Shown: positions 34,697 through 43,824 of the stretch, piece by piece
How positions within the stretch are numbered: the stretch's first letter is position 1
Layout: the number at the start of each line of letters is the position of its first letter
Source: a virus
Length of the DNA: 64,000 nt
Direction: 5' to 3' (one strand)
Virus record (IMG/VR): IMGVR_UViG_3300004463_000262
Location: 8,440-72,439 of that record
Made by a program: the position numbers and the translations under genes
The notes under the pieces: model-generated
What the model was told of the DNA's origin: nothing
Seen by the model: only the letters and a program-made list of their open reading frames with translations
Databases searched by the model: none

Positions 34697-35403
34697 TGGA
34701 CAGTAAAAAGCTACGTAAGACTATGACCGCAGGGCATGGAGCCATCCTTGTCCCTCACATTGAGGCATATCAACAGAAAGCTAAGTTTCCTACCGAATGG
34801 AGTATCACTATTCGCAATGAGAAGAAGGATGATGGTCATTTCCACCCGTCGTCTCACTGTTTCATGCCCGTTCGCGATCTTTGGCTTGATCGTCAAGGCA
34901 GATTAGCAAAGAGGCCGATCTCTCCTGCGTTGCGGAGGACGTTTGATATCGGTCACATGATCCATGGCTATCTTCAGTCCATTCTACTTGATATGGGACT
35001 AGTTAGAGAAGAGAACATCGAGCGCTACATCAAACAGATGATCTTTGGTGCTCATGGCAAGTGCATCGGCGCTGGCACTGGAGATCTCATAGATGTTGCG
35101 ATCCCTGGTCATGGCAACTGGTTAGTTGACATCAAAACCATGGGGAAGACAGAGTTTGAACAGGGGGCTAGAGAAGATACCCTGAAGAAGTGGAATGCTC
35201 AAGTGAATTGCTATATGGATTGGTTTCAAACTACCAAGGCATTGGTGCTGGCGTTCAGTAAGGATTCTCCGCATGACATGAGGGAGTATCAGATCACCAG
35301 AGATGGTACACTGTTAATGGAAGTCTATAATCGATGGTCTTATGTGCAGCATTGCATAGACGAAGGGATTGAGCCGAGTGAGGACACCCTACTACGGGAA
35401 TAG
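34696..35403 (+). CDS. Cas4-like/PD-(D/E)XK exonuclease
   Basis: HPSS.C, G..IH, GTGD, VDIKT, QVNCYM. Confidence 0.75.
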   Translation: MDSKKLRKTMTAGHGAILVPHIEAYQQKAKFPTEWSITIRNEKKDDGHFHPSSHCFMPVRDLWLDRQGRLAKRPISPALRRTFDIGHMIHGYLQSILLDMGLVREENIERYIKQMIFGAHGKCIGAGTGDLIDVAIPGHGNWLVDIKTMGKTEFEQGAREDTLKKWNAQVNCYMDWFQTTKALVLAFSKDSPHDMREYQITRDGTLLMEVYNRWSYVQHCIDEGIEPSEDTLLRE

Positions 35404-35794
35404 TCAGGTAAACCAAGGCTTCGGCGTGGGATCGACCATGAAATACTACGATCCTCACAGTTGGGGCTTGGACAAAGAAGAGTTACCAAGCGTAGATGAC
35501 TTCGATCCTGAAGTGAAGTACACTCCCTGGGAATTAGATCGCTTTGCGGATGCGTATCTCTGGGAAGTGCATAAGACTAAGCCCTGTTGGCATGATCCTG
35601 TGGTTTTGATGCATGAACATTTGCATGAGCGCCACAAGCGAGAGGTTTATAACACAGAGGGCCGAGCGGATGCCAGAATCACCAAGGATCTATCTTCAGA
35701 TCGGGAAACGATGTACTGGAGAAGCCATCCTAAGGGTCGTAAATTGTCTGATCTAAAGCAAAGGAAAAAGCATAAGGCTTCCTATTATCGTTAA
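35369..35794 (+). CDS. hypothetical protein, paralogue of 37018-37356
   Basis: Shared motifs and C-terminal ASYYR. Confidence 0.7.
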   Translation: MSRVRTPYYGNSQVNQGFGVGSTMKYYDPHSWGLDKEELPSVDDFDPEVKYTPWELDRFADAYLWEVHKTKPCWHDPVVLMHEHLHERHKREVYNTEGRADARITKDLSSDRETMYWRSHPKGRKLSDLKQRKKHKASYYR

Positions 35795-35851
35795 CCCCTA
35801 GAAAATAGCTCCAACAAGGAGCTTAATAAGTGGAAGACATTTTGACCAGGC

Positions 35852-35881
35852 TTGACAGTCTGGTTATATTTTTGCTATAAT
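35852..35881 (+). promoter_or_regulatory. sigma70-type promoter
   Basis: TTGACA-18-TATAAT. Confidence 0.65.
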
Positions 35882-35906
35882 AAACCCATACGAGGTAAAA
35901 TTGTAA

Positions 35907-36494
35907 GTGATAGTTGTGGGTATAGACGGCGGGATGGTGCGTCTAGGTTTAGCTGCCGTAGAAGGACATCCTAATAATCAGGTAGATCTTCTTTCGTATG
36001 ATCTAATTGAAAACCCCAGAGGGGAAGAGAAGTACAATGCTTTTCTTGCCGCTGGCATCACCCGTATCACCAATACATTTCCTCGATTCTTAGATCAGAT
36101 TAGACCAGACTTCATTGTCTCTGAGACTATCCCGGTGGGCAAACTTGGCTCCAGTGATAGTCAGGTGGTCGCAGCGGTAACCACGTGTCGTGTGATAGCC
36201 ATCCAATTTGGCATACCTTGGCATAATATCGCTGCGAATACGGTTAAAGTGATCAATACTTCTGATGGCCGAGCATCCAAGACATTGATTAGGAACACTA
36301 TGCTCTATATGTTTCCTGAGATTGCTGAGGCTCATGCAAAAGCCAAGAAGGATCAGAAGAAAGCAGGACTAAAGAGACGACCAGGACTTGCGCAGGATTA
36401 CTTTGATGCAATAGCTGTAGCTGTTGCAGGGTACCGGCAATTCCACATGGAGATAAATGAAACAGAAGCGATGCAAGAAATGCAGAAAGCTTAA
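35907..36494 (+). CDS. ruvC: RuvC-like resolvase
   Basis: IVVGIDGG, VSE, GRASK, D..DAIAVA. Confidence 0.8.
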   Translation: MIVVGIDGGMVRLGLAAVEGHPNNQVDLLSYDLIENPRGEEKYNAFLAAGITRITNTFPRFLDQIRPDFIVSETIPVGKLGSSDSQVVAAVTTCRVIAIQFGIPWHNIAANTVKVINTSDGRASKTLIRNTMLYMFPEIAEAHAKAKKDQKKAGLKRRPGLAQDYFDAIAVAVAGYRQFHMEINETEAMQEMQKA

Positions 36495-36987
36495 GCGAGA
36501 AACCCTTTTCTCTTTAGGAAAGGGAGGGCGGAACAATACTTGTCGATCATGTAACTATGATGGACTAACCGCTACGGACAAACACAAGATATTGCGTGAA
36601 GCATATCGGAATTACCTTTCTTGGAAAGATCTACTTATCTACGGCGGCGGTAGTGATTCTCCAGTAAAGGATCGAGAGGCACTAGAAACAATCACTCATA
36701 CAGTCCCGAAGGAACCGGGCAGTGAAGAGTACATTGAGATTTCGATCTCGTTCTATGATCTAGAACGGGCATTGAAGAGCTTCCAAGGCGAGATCCAGAG
36801 AGAAGGTACGGTTCTATCGAAGAGAAAGGAAGAAGCATTCTATCTCAATGTCATTCGTGACATGTTGCAGAGAGATGTGGCCCAGAAAATGGGCATCACT
36901 ACGGTATCTGTGGGTCAATACGTGGATCAATCGATGTTGCAGTTGGTCAGTTATTACTTTGGTGAAGACAATGGTGCAACACTATAA
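36457..36987 (+). CDS. sigma region-4-like HTH DNA-binding protein with N-terminal Cys cluster
   Basis: LSKRKEEAF…QRDVAQKMGITTVSVGQY. Confidence 0.65.
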   Translation: MKQKRCKKCRKLKRETLFSLGKGGRNNTCRSCNYDGLTATDKHKILREAYRNYLSWKDLLIYGGGSDSPVKDREALETITHTVPKEPGSEEYIEISISFYDLERALKSFQGEIQREGTVLSKRKEEAFYLNVIRDMLQRDVAQKMGITTVSVGQYVDQSMLQLVSYYFGEDNGATL

Positions 36988-37017
36988 TGTCCGCAATACG
37001 GACACGTAATAAATGAC

Positions 37018-37356
37018 ATGCCGAGAACACCTTACACCACAAGAAAAGAAGTCCTGGTAGATCTACCAGAGTTCGATGCATCGCGCACTGATTACTCCGA
37101 TATGGAGTTAACCATGTATGCTGATCAGATGTTGCGCGAGGCGGGTGCTACCGAAGAATGTCAATTCCTGTTCCAGGAGCACATCGATCCTCGATGGCGA
37201 AAAGAAGTCGCGCCTACTGAGGGTACACCGGATGCCGCCATTACATTTAGTCTCTCACCAGATGGGCAGACGATGTATAATCGCCAGCATCCGCAAGGCC
37301 GCAAGGTGAATAGCGACCAGCAAAGAAAATCTAATGGGGCGTCTTATTACAGGTAA
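37018..37356 (+). CDS. hypothetical protein, paralogue of 35369-35794
   Basis: TMY.R.HP.GRK…ASYYR. Confidence 0.7.
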   Translation: MPRTPYTTRKEVLVDLPEFDASRTDYSDMELTMYADQMLREAGATEECQFLFQEHIDPRWRKEVAPTEGTPDAAITFSLSPDGQTMYNRQHPQGRKVNSDQQRKSNGASYYR

Positions 37357-37384
37357 GTAGGGTGGGGAATAAGGAGAATAACCT

Positions 37385-37591
37385 ATGCCTTGTATGAAAG
37401 ATTACGGGAAGACTTGGGATTATCAGAGAGGTTGTTATCCTCATGTCAGAATGGTGTTAGTCACAAGGGATGGCTATTCTAAGTTTGAGATGAAGGAAAT
37501 GCCTCCACCGGAATTTTGTAAAGTGATTGTGGGCACGCATACTTTTGGTATAGACGAAAGACGAATTAGATTTGTGAGGGAAGATGGCTAA
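37385..37591 (+). CDS. hypothetical protein
   Basis: AAGGAG RBS. Confidence 0.55.
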   Translation: MPCMKDYGKTWDYQRGCYPHVRMVLVTRDGYSKFEMKEMPPPEFCKVIVGTHTFGIDERRIRFVREDG

Positions 37592-38183
37592 GAATTCGCT
37601 CGCTGTGATTGGAGAACAGTTGCCGCTCAAGACAGAGCCACGTTGTCTTGTGTGTCAGTCGGCTCATAGGACTACCATTGACAAGTTGCTGGCTCTTCAG
37701 TTCTCGTACAAGAGCGTGGCTGAAGAATTGATGACCCTTGATCCTGATTTCAAGGACAAGGATTTAGACACAGTTAGAAAGAATGTCTCTCGCCACAGTC
37801 AGAATCATGTAGATATTCGGAGCAAGGCTATCCGTCGTCAGGTCGAGCAGCGTGCTAGAGAACAAGGCATGCTCATTGATTCAGTCGAGGGAAAGATTAC
37901 TTCAGGTCGTGCTCTTCTCGACACCCTGATTTCACAAGCGCAGGAACAACTTGCAAATCCTGACGCAAGGGTTAGATACGCAGACGCTATCGAGGCAGTC
38001 AAGCTCCTGGAAGATGTTCAAAAGGCAGAGTTCCAGACGCAGCTAGAGGTTCTTCAGCGTCAGGTTTGGGCAATCTCGGAGGCAGTTAGGAACAAGGTTC
38101 CCGCCGCGCTCCACCCAGCCATTGTAGAAGAGGCTCGTAGGCTGTTTGATAATGAGCCACTAGAGATTGAGAAGAAGAAATGA
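37584..38183 (+). CDS. probable terminase small subunit
   Basis: C.VC…RH..NH N-terminus, helical, upstream of TerL. Confidence 0.55.
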   Translation: MAKNSLAVIGEQLPLKTEPRCLVCQSAHRTTIDKLLALQFSYKSVAEELMTLDPDFKDKDLDTVRKNVSRHSQNHVDIRSKAIRRQVEQRAREQGMLIDSVEGKITSGRALLDTLISQAQEQLANPDARVRYADAIEAVKLLEDVQKAEFQTQLEVLQRQVWAISEAVRNKVPAALHPAIVEEARRLFDNEPLEIEKKK

Positions 38184-38488
38184 TAGATCTGCATGACTAT
38201 GAAGCGGAGTTGATCATCTCCGCAGTGCAGATAGTTCAGCAGAAGTACGCACACAAAGAGGCAACCGGTGACAACCTGTTACGTCTTCATAATGAATTGG
38301 TTGATAGGCTAGAGGATCTAGGTTTTGGTGTTACCGTGGATGTCACGCCCTGTATGGCAGGAGAGTGGGCCACAGTTAGTATCGATTCCCGTCTAGATCC
38401 TGAGCCATTCGATGCTGAGAAGAAGAGATGGGAGGTTCAGCATCGAGACAGTCACCATCAGGCCGATCAGATTGAGGGATTGAGTTAA
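38180..38488 (+). CDS. hypothetical protein
   Basis: ATGA overlap. Confidence 0.65.
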   Translation: MIDLHDYEAELIISAVQIVQQKYAHKEATGDNLLRLHNELVDRLEDLGFGVTVDVTPCMAGEWATVSIDSRLDPEPFDAEKKRWEVQHRDSHHQADQIEGLS

Positions 38489-38489
38489 T

Positions 38490-38741
38490 ATGGGCTACCC
38501 TATGACATGGAAGAGGGTTATCAATCGAAACGGTTTGGCTGATGGAGACTACATGTCTCCACCAAAAAAGTATGCCAAACGAGTTAATATTGGTGACCTA
38601 GCTGGTGCTGATGATAGTGATGCGTTCTATAGACAGATGTGGCCTCATATCATTGAGAGAATAAAGGAATATGAAAATTCGGCCCGTATGTTAGCGGGAG
38701 ATATCCGTCGATTAGAGGAAGATACTCTTGATGAACAATGA
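38490..38741 (+). CDS. hypothetical protein (possibly frameshifted, continuing to 38829)
   Basis: Stop falls in tandem ATGAACA duplication. Confidence 0.55.
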   Translation: MGYPMTWKRVINRNGLADGDYMSPPKKYAKRVNIGDLAGADDSDAFYRQMWPHIIERIKEYENSARMLAGDIRRLEEDTLDEQ

Positions 38742-38828
38742 ACAGGCTATTTGCTCTAGGATTGTGCGTCAAACTGAGATAGATCCAGATGTTGTAGCTG
38801 CTGTGCTTAAAGCATACATGGAGATCTA

Positions 38829-40787
38829 ATGGCTCAAATACCCGATCTGATCGAGCAGTTTAGTGGCGCGATCATCAAGGAAAAGGTAGACATCATCACG
38901 TTTGCTGAGGATGTTAGGTTCCTTGGTCGCAGACTTTATCCACGCCAGCGTACTTTGCTGAAGATCATCTTCCTTATGGATCTGGACGACTACGATAAGG
39001 CTGTGATAGCTGAGTGGGAAGATCCAGATGGCGAGGTTACGCTCTGTCCGAAGGTCTATGATCGGATTGATTACCTCAAGGATAAGGGTTATCCACACTT
39101 TCGTACCATCCAACTAGTCGGAGGACGACGTTCTTCTAAGGGTTATTTGACGGCTATCATCGTCGCCTACCAAGCCTACCTAGCCACACTACATGAGGAT
39201 CTTCACAAGGAATACAACATCCCTTCTGGTAAGGAAATCTATTTCAACATCATCGCGGATTCTCTTGATCAGGCAAAGGCCCATCAGTTTTCAGACGCAG
39301 CCGATGCCGTCATGGATACAAAGCCCTTCCAGAAGCAGCGTTTGTACGGCAAGCTGCTAGCCGAGTCTCTAAGTATTAACACTCCAGGAGATAAGAGGCG
39401 AGTCCAGGAGTTGCGTGCCGCAGGGATGAAGATCGAGCGTGACATGGGATCGCTGATCGTCAAGGCTAATGGTACTAACTCGAAGACTATTCGAGGGTCG
39501 GCTAGTATGATCTTCATCTTCGATGAGATGGCCCATCTAGTAGCGGGCGAATCTCGCATGTCTGATGAAGAGCTATGGAAAGCTGCCGTCCCGTCAGTAA
39601 ACCAGTTCCGTGAAGAAGGTATGATCTTCGCTAATTCTTCGCCCTACCAGAAGCTAGGCAAGTTCTATGAGCTTTACGAGCAGTCTATGAAGTTAGATCC
39701 TCCTGAGGATGGCAAGCCAGAATTCCCTGACCAGATTATGATTCAGTTCCCATCGTGGGCATTGTATGAGGATTGGGAAAAGTATGACATGCCTATCCCT
39801 GCTGCATTGCCACCTGAAGAGGATTCAATCATGCGGTATGAAGAGCAGCGTGATCCTGTAGCATTCAAGGTGGAGAACCGAGCACAGTTTGCTGAAGTTG
39901 AAGACGCTTTCTTGCGTCCTGAGCTTGTAGATCGCATGTTCGATCCAGGTTTCAATGAATCTACCCTAGGTCATGAGGTTCGACCTACTGCTGGTGCCTC
40001 GGTTTGGGTCAAGTACAAGGGCCATGGCGACCCGGCATCCGTGGGAGCCAACTTTGGCCTTGCTATTGGCCACGTTGAAGAGATCATGAATGAAGACACA
40101 GAGATTCTAGAACCACATGTGGTCTTTGATTTCATTGATGCGTTTTATCCCGAAGACTTTAGAGATCCCGCATTCCCTGATCATCCAGGTACCATCGATT
40201 GGCTCGAAGTTATCCCTACTATTACTCAGTTGATCAATAACTTCCGTCCATTCGAGTGGACGTTTGACCAGTTCGATTCCACCATGGCTATTCAGCAGCT
40301 TACAGAGAACCTGCGCAAAATGAATATCCAGGACACCATTGTCTATGAGAAGCCTGCATATGCTAAGCTAAACCTTAGGCGAGCATACAATTTCCGTGCA
40401 GCATTAAACCTTGGCCGCGTTCACGCGCCACACCCCGAAACTTATAACCCGATAGCGACAAAGAACCCTATTGAGTTAGTGCGAAATGAACTTAAGTACC
40501 TTGTTGAGAAGAATGGCAAGGTAGATAAGCAGACTATTGGCCCCGTCAAGACGAAGGATATTGCCGACTGTCTGATGGAGGTCACCGACGCATTGATTGG
40601 TGACTCTCTAGGATCAATCTATGATCTTGGTATGACCCCAGCCCTAGGTATGCAAGTCAACCCTGTGGGTATGGTAATAGGCAATACTAACAGCTTCTCA
40701 GAACTACGAGAATGGTCTGATAGAAGAAGGATGGGTAAGCCTGTGAGGATGCCGGGACGTAGCATTGATCGCAGTAGGAAACACTAG
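38829..40787 (+). CDS. terminase large subunit
   Basis: LYPRQ, GGRRSSKG Walker A, FIFDEMAH Walker B, NSSP, HGDPA, KDIADC nuclease motifs. Confidence 0.88.
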   Translation: MAQIPDLIEQFSGAIIKEKVDIITFAEDVRFLGRRLYPRQRTLLKIIFLMDLDDYDKAVIAEWEDPDGEVTLCPKVYDRIDYLKDKGYPHFRTIQLVGGRRSSKGYLTAIIVAYQAYLATLHEDLHKEYNIPSGKEIYFNIIADSLDQAKAHQFSDAADAVMDTKPFQKQRLYGKLLAESLSINTPGDKRRVQELRAAGMKIERDMGSLIVKANGTNSKTIRGSASMIFIFDEMAHLVAGESRMSDEELWKAAVPSVNQFREEGMIFANSSPYQKLGKFYELYEQSMKLDPPEDGKPEFPDQIMIQFPSWALYEDWEKYDMPIPAALPPEEDSIMRYEEQRDPVAFKVENRAQFAEVEDAFLRPELVDRMFDPGFNESTLGHEVRPTAGASVWVKYKGHGDPASVGANFGLAIGHVEEIMNEDTEILEPHVVFDFIDAFYPEDFRDPAFPDHPGTIDWLEVIPTITQLINNFRPFEWTFDQFDSTMAIQQLTENLRKMNIQDTIVYEKPAYAKLNLRRAYNFRAALNLGRVHAPHPETYNPIATKNPIELVRNELKYLVEKNGKVDKQTIGPVKTKDIADCLMEVTDALIGDSLGSIYDLGMTPALGMQVNPVGMVIGNTNSFSELREWSDRRRMGKPVRMPGRSIDRSRKH

Positions 40788-40837
40788 AGAATCGGCGTTA
40801 CAATATTTGCTTGCACAGCAGGAGGGTAATTAGGGAG

Positions 40838-41737
40838 ATGATCATCGAAGAAGCGGGTAAACTCTACCATATTGATGAAGAAACGGGCTTGGTCACCGAA
40901 GCTAGCATTATGGATGAAGAAACTGAATCCATTGTTGGTGAGTATAGGATCGGAGATCGTGTAGAAGTCCTAGGCCATGCGGGAGAGATCATTAGTATCA
41001 TTCCGAGTATCTATGGCGCAGCCTATGGTGTCAAATTTGATGGCGGTGACGTAGATGAGTTCGGTGAGACACAGTTGAAGCGATCTTCTGTAGAAAAGAA
41101 GACGTATGAGTCACCGATCATGGAAGTCTTTGGTCGTTATGAAGACTACCAGGAGCTACCTACCTATACAGAGGATGAGATTGAATCGAAGGAAGCTGAA
41201 GCACGATGGCTTAACCTTCAGGCTCGACAACTTCAAGAGGCTCATGCACAGCATGGTGTAACTCGTGATCCTAAGCTTGATGAGATCGTCCTAACTACTT
41301 CTTCTGACATCAAGGACATCCAGGAGATCCGTACGAACGCAGGGCTAGAATCGAACCAGCGCTATCTCTCTTCTTTCAACAAGTATAAGCTGGCCGAAGA
41401 GATTGATTCAGGCGCGGTGATGGGTGGATCTGATGACGCATCGTGGCTTTACACTGAGACAGATGACCTAGAGACAGTTGAAACTACTGACACAGACCTA
41501 GCTGTACGAGCTACAGAGGTCGTGGCTTTCTTGTCTCGTGAGCAGCTTGAAGATGATGAGTTCATGCGTGTCGCTGGCGCTTATCAGTATGAGTATCTCC
41601 AGATGGATGAAGAACAGAGGGGCATGTTTGATCGATTGCTTGCTGATGCTCGCTCTGCCAGACTGAAGGAACTTCCCACAGAGACTAAGACAGCTTCGAC
41701 GTTCAATCTGGATGACGCTACGGATATCTATCTGTAA
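40838..41737 (+). CDS. acidic hypothetical protein (head module)
   Basis: GGGAG RBS before ATG 40838; SH3-like IGDRVEV segment. Confidence 0.6.
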   Translation: MIIEEAGKLYHIDEETGLVTEASIMDEETESIVGEYRIGDRVEVLGHAGEIISIIPSIYGAAYGVKFDGGDVDEFGETQLKRSSVEKKTYESPIMEVFGRYEDYQELPTYTEDEIESKEAEARWLNLQARQLQEAHAQHGVTRDPKLDEIVLTTSSDIKDIQEIRTNAGLESNQRYLSSFNKYKLAEEIDSGAVMGGSDDASWLYTETDDLETVETTDTDLAVRATEVVAFLSREQLEDDEFMRVAGAYQYEYLQMDEEQRGMFDRLLADARSARLKELPTETKTASTFNLDDATDIYL

Positions 41738-41746
41738 GGGGGCATC

Positions 41747-43522
41747 ATGTATGACCTAACCGCTAGCGAGAAAGCTAACAAGATCGCTCTCTTGCTTGTA
41801 CATGAGAGATATTCTAAGCAACTGGCACCCTTTGTAAAGAACAGCAAGACTCGTTACGACTACGTGCAGGACACTGTAGCAAAGATCATTAATGAGATCT
41901 GTAAAGAGACTGGTGCGGATGTTGATTGGGTAACTGATCGTTTCTCCGCTCTTGATGCTGTGTTAGTTGACAACAAGAATGTTAAGCATGAAGAACTAGA
42001 CTCTAAGCCTGATGGCCCCTACACTACTAACTCTGAGGCTACGATTGAAGGAATCAAGAGTACTGATGTAGCTGATCGTGGTGATGTCCCTGGTGCTGGA
42101 CGGGAAGAAGCTCTCAAGGCTGATGCTACTCAGGATCTCAACGAGGAAACTGCATCCGAGACTGGTGAGACAGAGGTTGATAACAAGACTGCTGCATTAT
42201 TGAAAGAGGCGATGACTTCTCGTGACTTTCGATTGATTGCGGGTATTCTTGCACAGACTGGTGCGGATCAGAACATGATCGAAGCTTTTGCTCAGGCATT
42301 GGGACAGACTAACCCGATGTTTGACTATGAACGATTCGTTGCAGCCGCACAAGGATCTCCAATGAGTGGACGCGATGCTCCAGGTTACCGTCCTTACTCC
42401 TGCTTTCGATGCGGCGATGAGTTAGACGAGACTGTCAAAAACAGCAAGGTTTGTCTAAGCTGCAACCATGAATTGCTTAAGCTGGCTCTCCCTCAGCCCG
42501 ATGGTACTGATGGTACGATGGGTATAGGTGCTGGCGCAGAAGGGCCAGGGGTTCAGGAGTTACCCCAGCCGGTAAACCCTAATATCCCATACGCCTGCAA
42601 GATTTGCGGCGCTGAGGGTGAGCAAGAGGAAATTCTTGCGCACATTAACCGTGATCATGCGGACGTATTGCAACGTCAGCAGGAGATGTCTACTGACAAT
42701 ATGGGTCAGGACAACCTCGGTGTTACCGCCCCTTTAGCTAGTACTAAAGAGTTACCTGTCCCTCTTCAGGGCACATTGGGGTGGGAGAAATGGCCCTCGA
42801 ATAATGAGTTGCTTCAGCGTGTTGCCGAGCTTCTTGAGACACATCCTGAGATAGCAACAGAGCTTGAAGCATTGATCCAGCAGCTAGGCATCACACCTAC
42901 AGCTAAGACAGCAGATGTTCCTCAGCCAACAGATCAATCAGCAGAGGTTCAACCTCTTCCTGAAAACCCTGGAGATAGATTTGATGAATACGTGCAGCGC
43001 CTAGCGGAGACGGCAGCAGCACGTAAATTCTCACAGTTGACCGACGAGGATATTCATTCTATCTCTAGCCAAATTGCTCAGTCTCCTGATGACATCAAGA
43101 ATGCAATCAAGATCGTTGCAGTCTTTGGTGATCAAGTAGGAGTGAATGGTCAGCTAGGTGGAGATCCCTCAGCACCCGAAGGATACGAAGAGGTACCCGC
43201 GCAGGGATTAAGTGGTCAGCAGAATACACATGATGCGCTCGTGCCTACAGATTTGATTCTACAACAGGTAGCTAGCGATCTAAACATGTCTCCTGATCTA
43301 GCCTACAACATGGTTAAGGATAAGTACGGAGCAGATCTCCCCGACAAGTATCATGCAAGTATCAGTGGACAAGTCCACTACTATCTACCTTCTGGAATGG
43401 CTATGAATCAGCAGCAGCCGCAGAATCCAGAGGTCGGCCCTGCCGCGCCGCCTGCATCACAGCTTCAGCCAATGCAACAACCCATGCAGCAGCCGCAGAA
43501 GCCAATGCAACCCACGATGTAA
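41747..43522 (+). CDS. large acidic multi-segment protein with zinc fingers (head module)
   Basis: 591 aa; CFRC…CLSC, CKIC…H…H; Gln/Pro tail. Confidence 0.6.
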   Translation: MYDLTASEKANKIALLLVHERYSKQLAPFVKNSKTRYDYVQDTVAKIINEICKETGADVDWVTDRFSALDAVLVDNKNVKHEELDSKPDGPYTTNSEATIEGIKSTDVADRGDVPGAGREEALKADATQDLNEETASETGETEVDNKTAALLKEAMTSRDFRLIAGILAQTGADQNMIEAFAQALGQTNPMFDYERFVAAAQGSPMSGRDAPGYRPYSCFRCGDELDETVKNSKVCLSCNHELLKLALPQPDGTDGTMGIGAGAEGPGVQELPQPVNPNIPYACKICGAEGEQEEILAHINRDHADVLQRQQEMSTDNMGQDNLGVTAPLASTKELPVPLQGTLGWEKWPSNNELLQRVAELLETHPEIATELEALIQQLGITPTAKTADVPQPTDQSAEVQPLPENPGDRFDEYVQRLAETAAARKFSQLTDEDIHSISSQIAQSPDDIKNAIKIVAVFGDQVGVNGQLGGDPSAPEGYEEVPAQGLSGQQNTHDALVPTDLILQQVASDLNMSPDLAYNMVKDKYGADLPDKYHASISGQVHYYLPSGMAMNQQQPQNPEVGPAAPPASQLQPMQQPMQQPQKPMQPTM

Positions 43523-43539
43523 AACGAGGGCAACGAGAG

Positions 43540-43824
43540 TTGTCATTCAGCAATACAAGAAACTATAAGAAGAGCTTGATCCCGAATCGTTGTGAGATTC
43601 CTGGTTGTGATTTCACAGCATTCGTGACTAGGCATCGCATCAAGCCAGGTAGGAAAGGTGGCAAATACATAGCCGGAAATGTTATAGGGCTTTGTCCTAA
43701 CTGTCACATTCTAGCTGAACAAGGTGTGTTTTCACAATATGAATTGTTCCAGATCGTACAATATAGATTACAACAAGAACAAGTTGGGGGATTAGATGGA
43801 TCTATTGAAGCAGGGGGAGCTTGA
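43540..43824 (+). CDS. HNH endonuclease
   Basis: CEIPGC…RHRI…GG.Y…N…LCPNCH. Confidence 0.75.
   Translation: MSFSNTRNYKKSLIPNRCEIPGCDFTAFVTRHRIKPGRKGGKYIAGNVIGLCPNCHILAEQGVFSQYELFQIVQYRLQQEQVGGLDGSIEAGGA

Noticed and set aside
34696-35403. Cas4-like gene as sign of a CRISPR system
   Set aside because: No repeat-spacer array or other cas genes seen; solo Cas4-like nucleases are common in phage replication modules.
2317-37010. Putative late promoter TGTC-N14/15-GT(T)AAT at about 2318, 15242 and 36988
   Set aside because: Too few and too degenerate instances to support by eye; needs motif discovery.
19115-40787. Inteins or introns in nrdJ, dnaB, dnaE, recA or terL
   Set aside because: Lengths are ordinary and no intein splice or LAGLIDADG motifs were seen.
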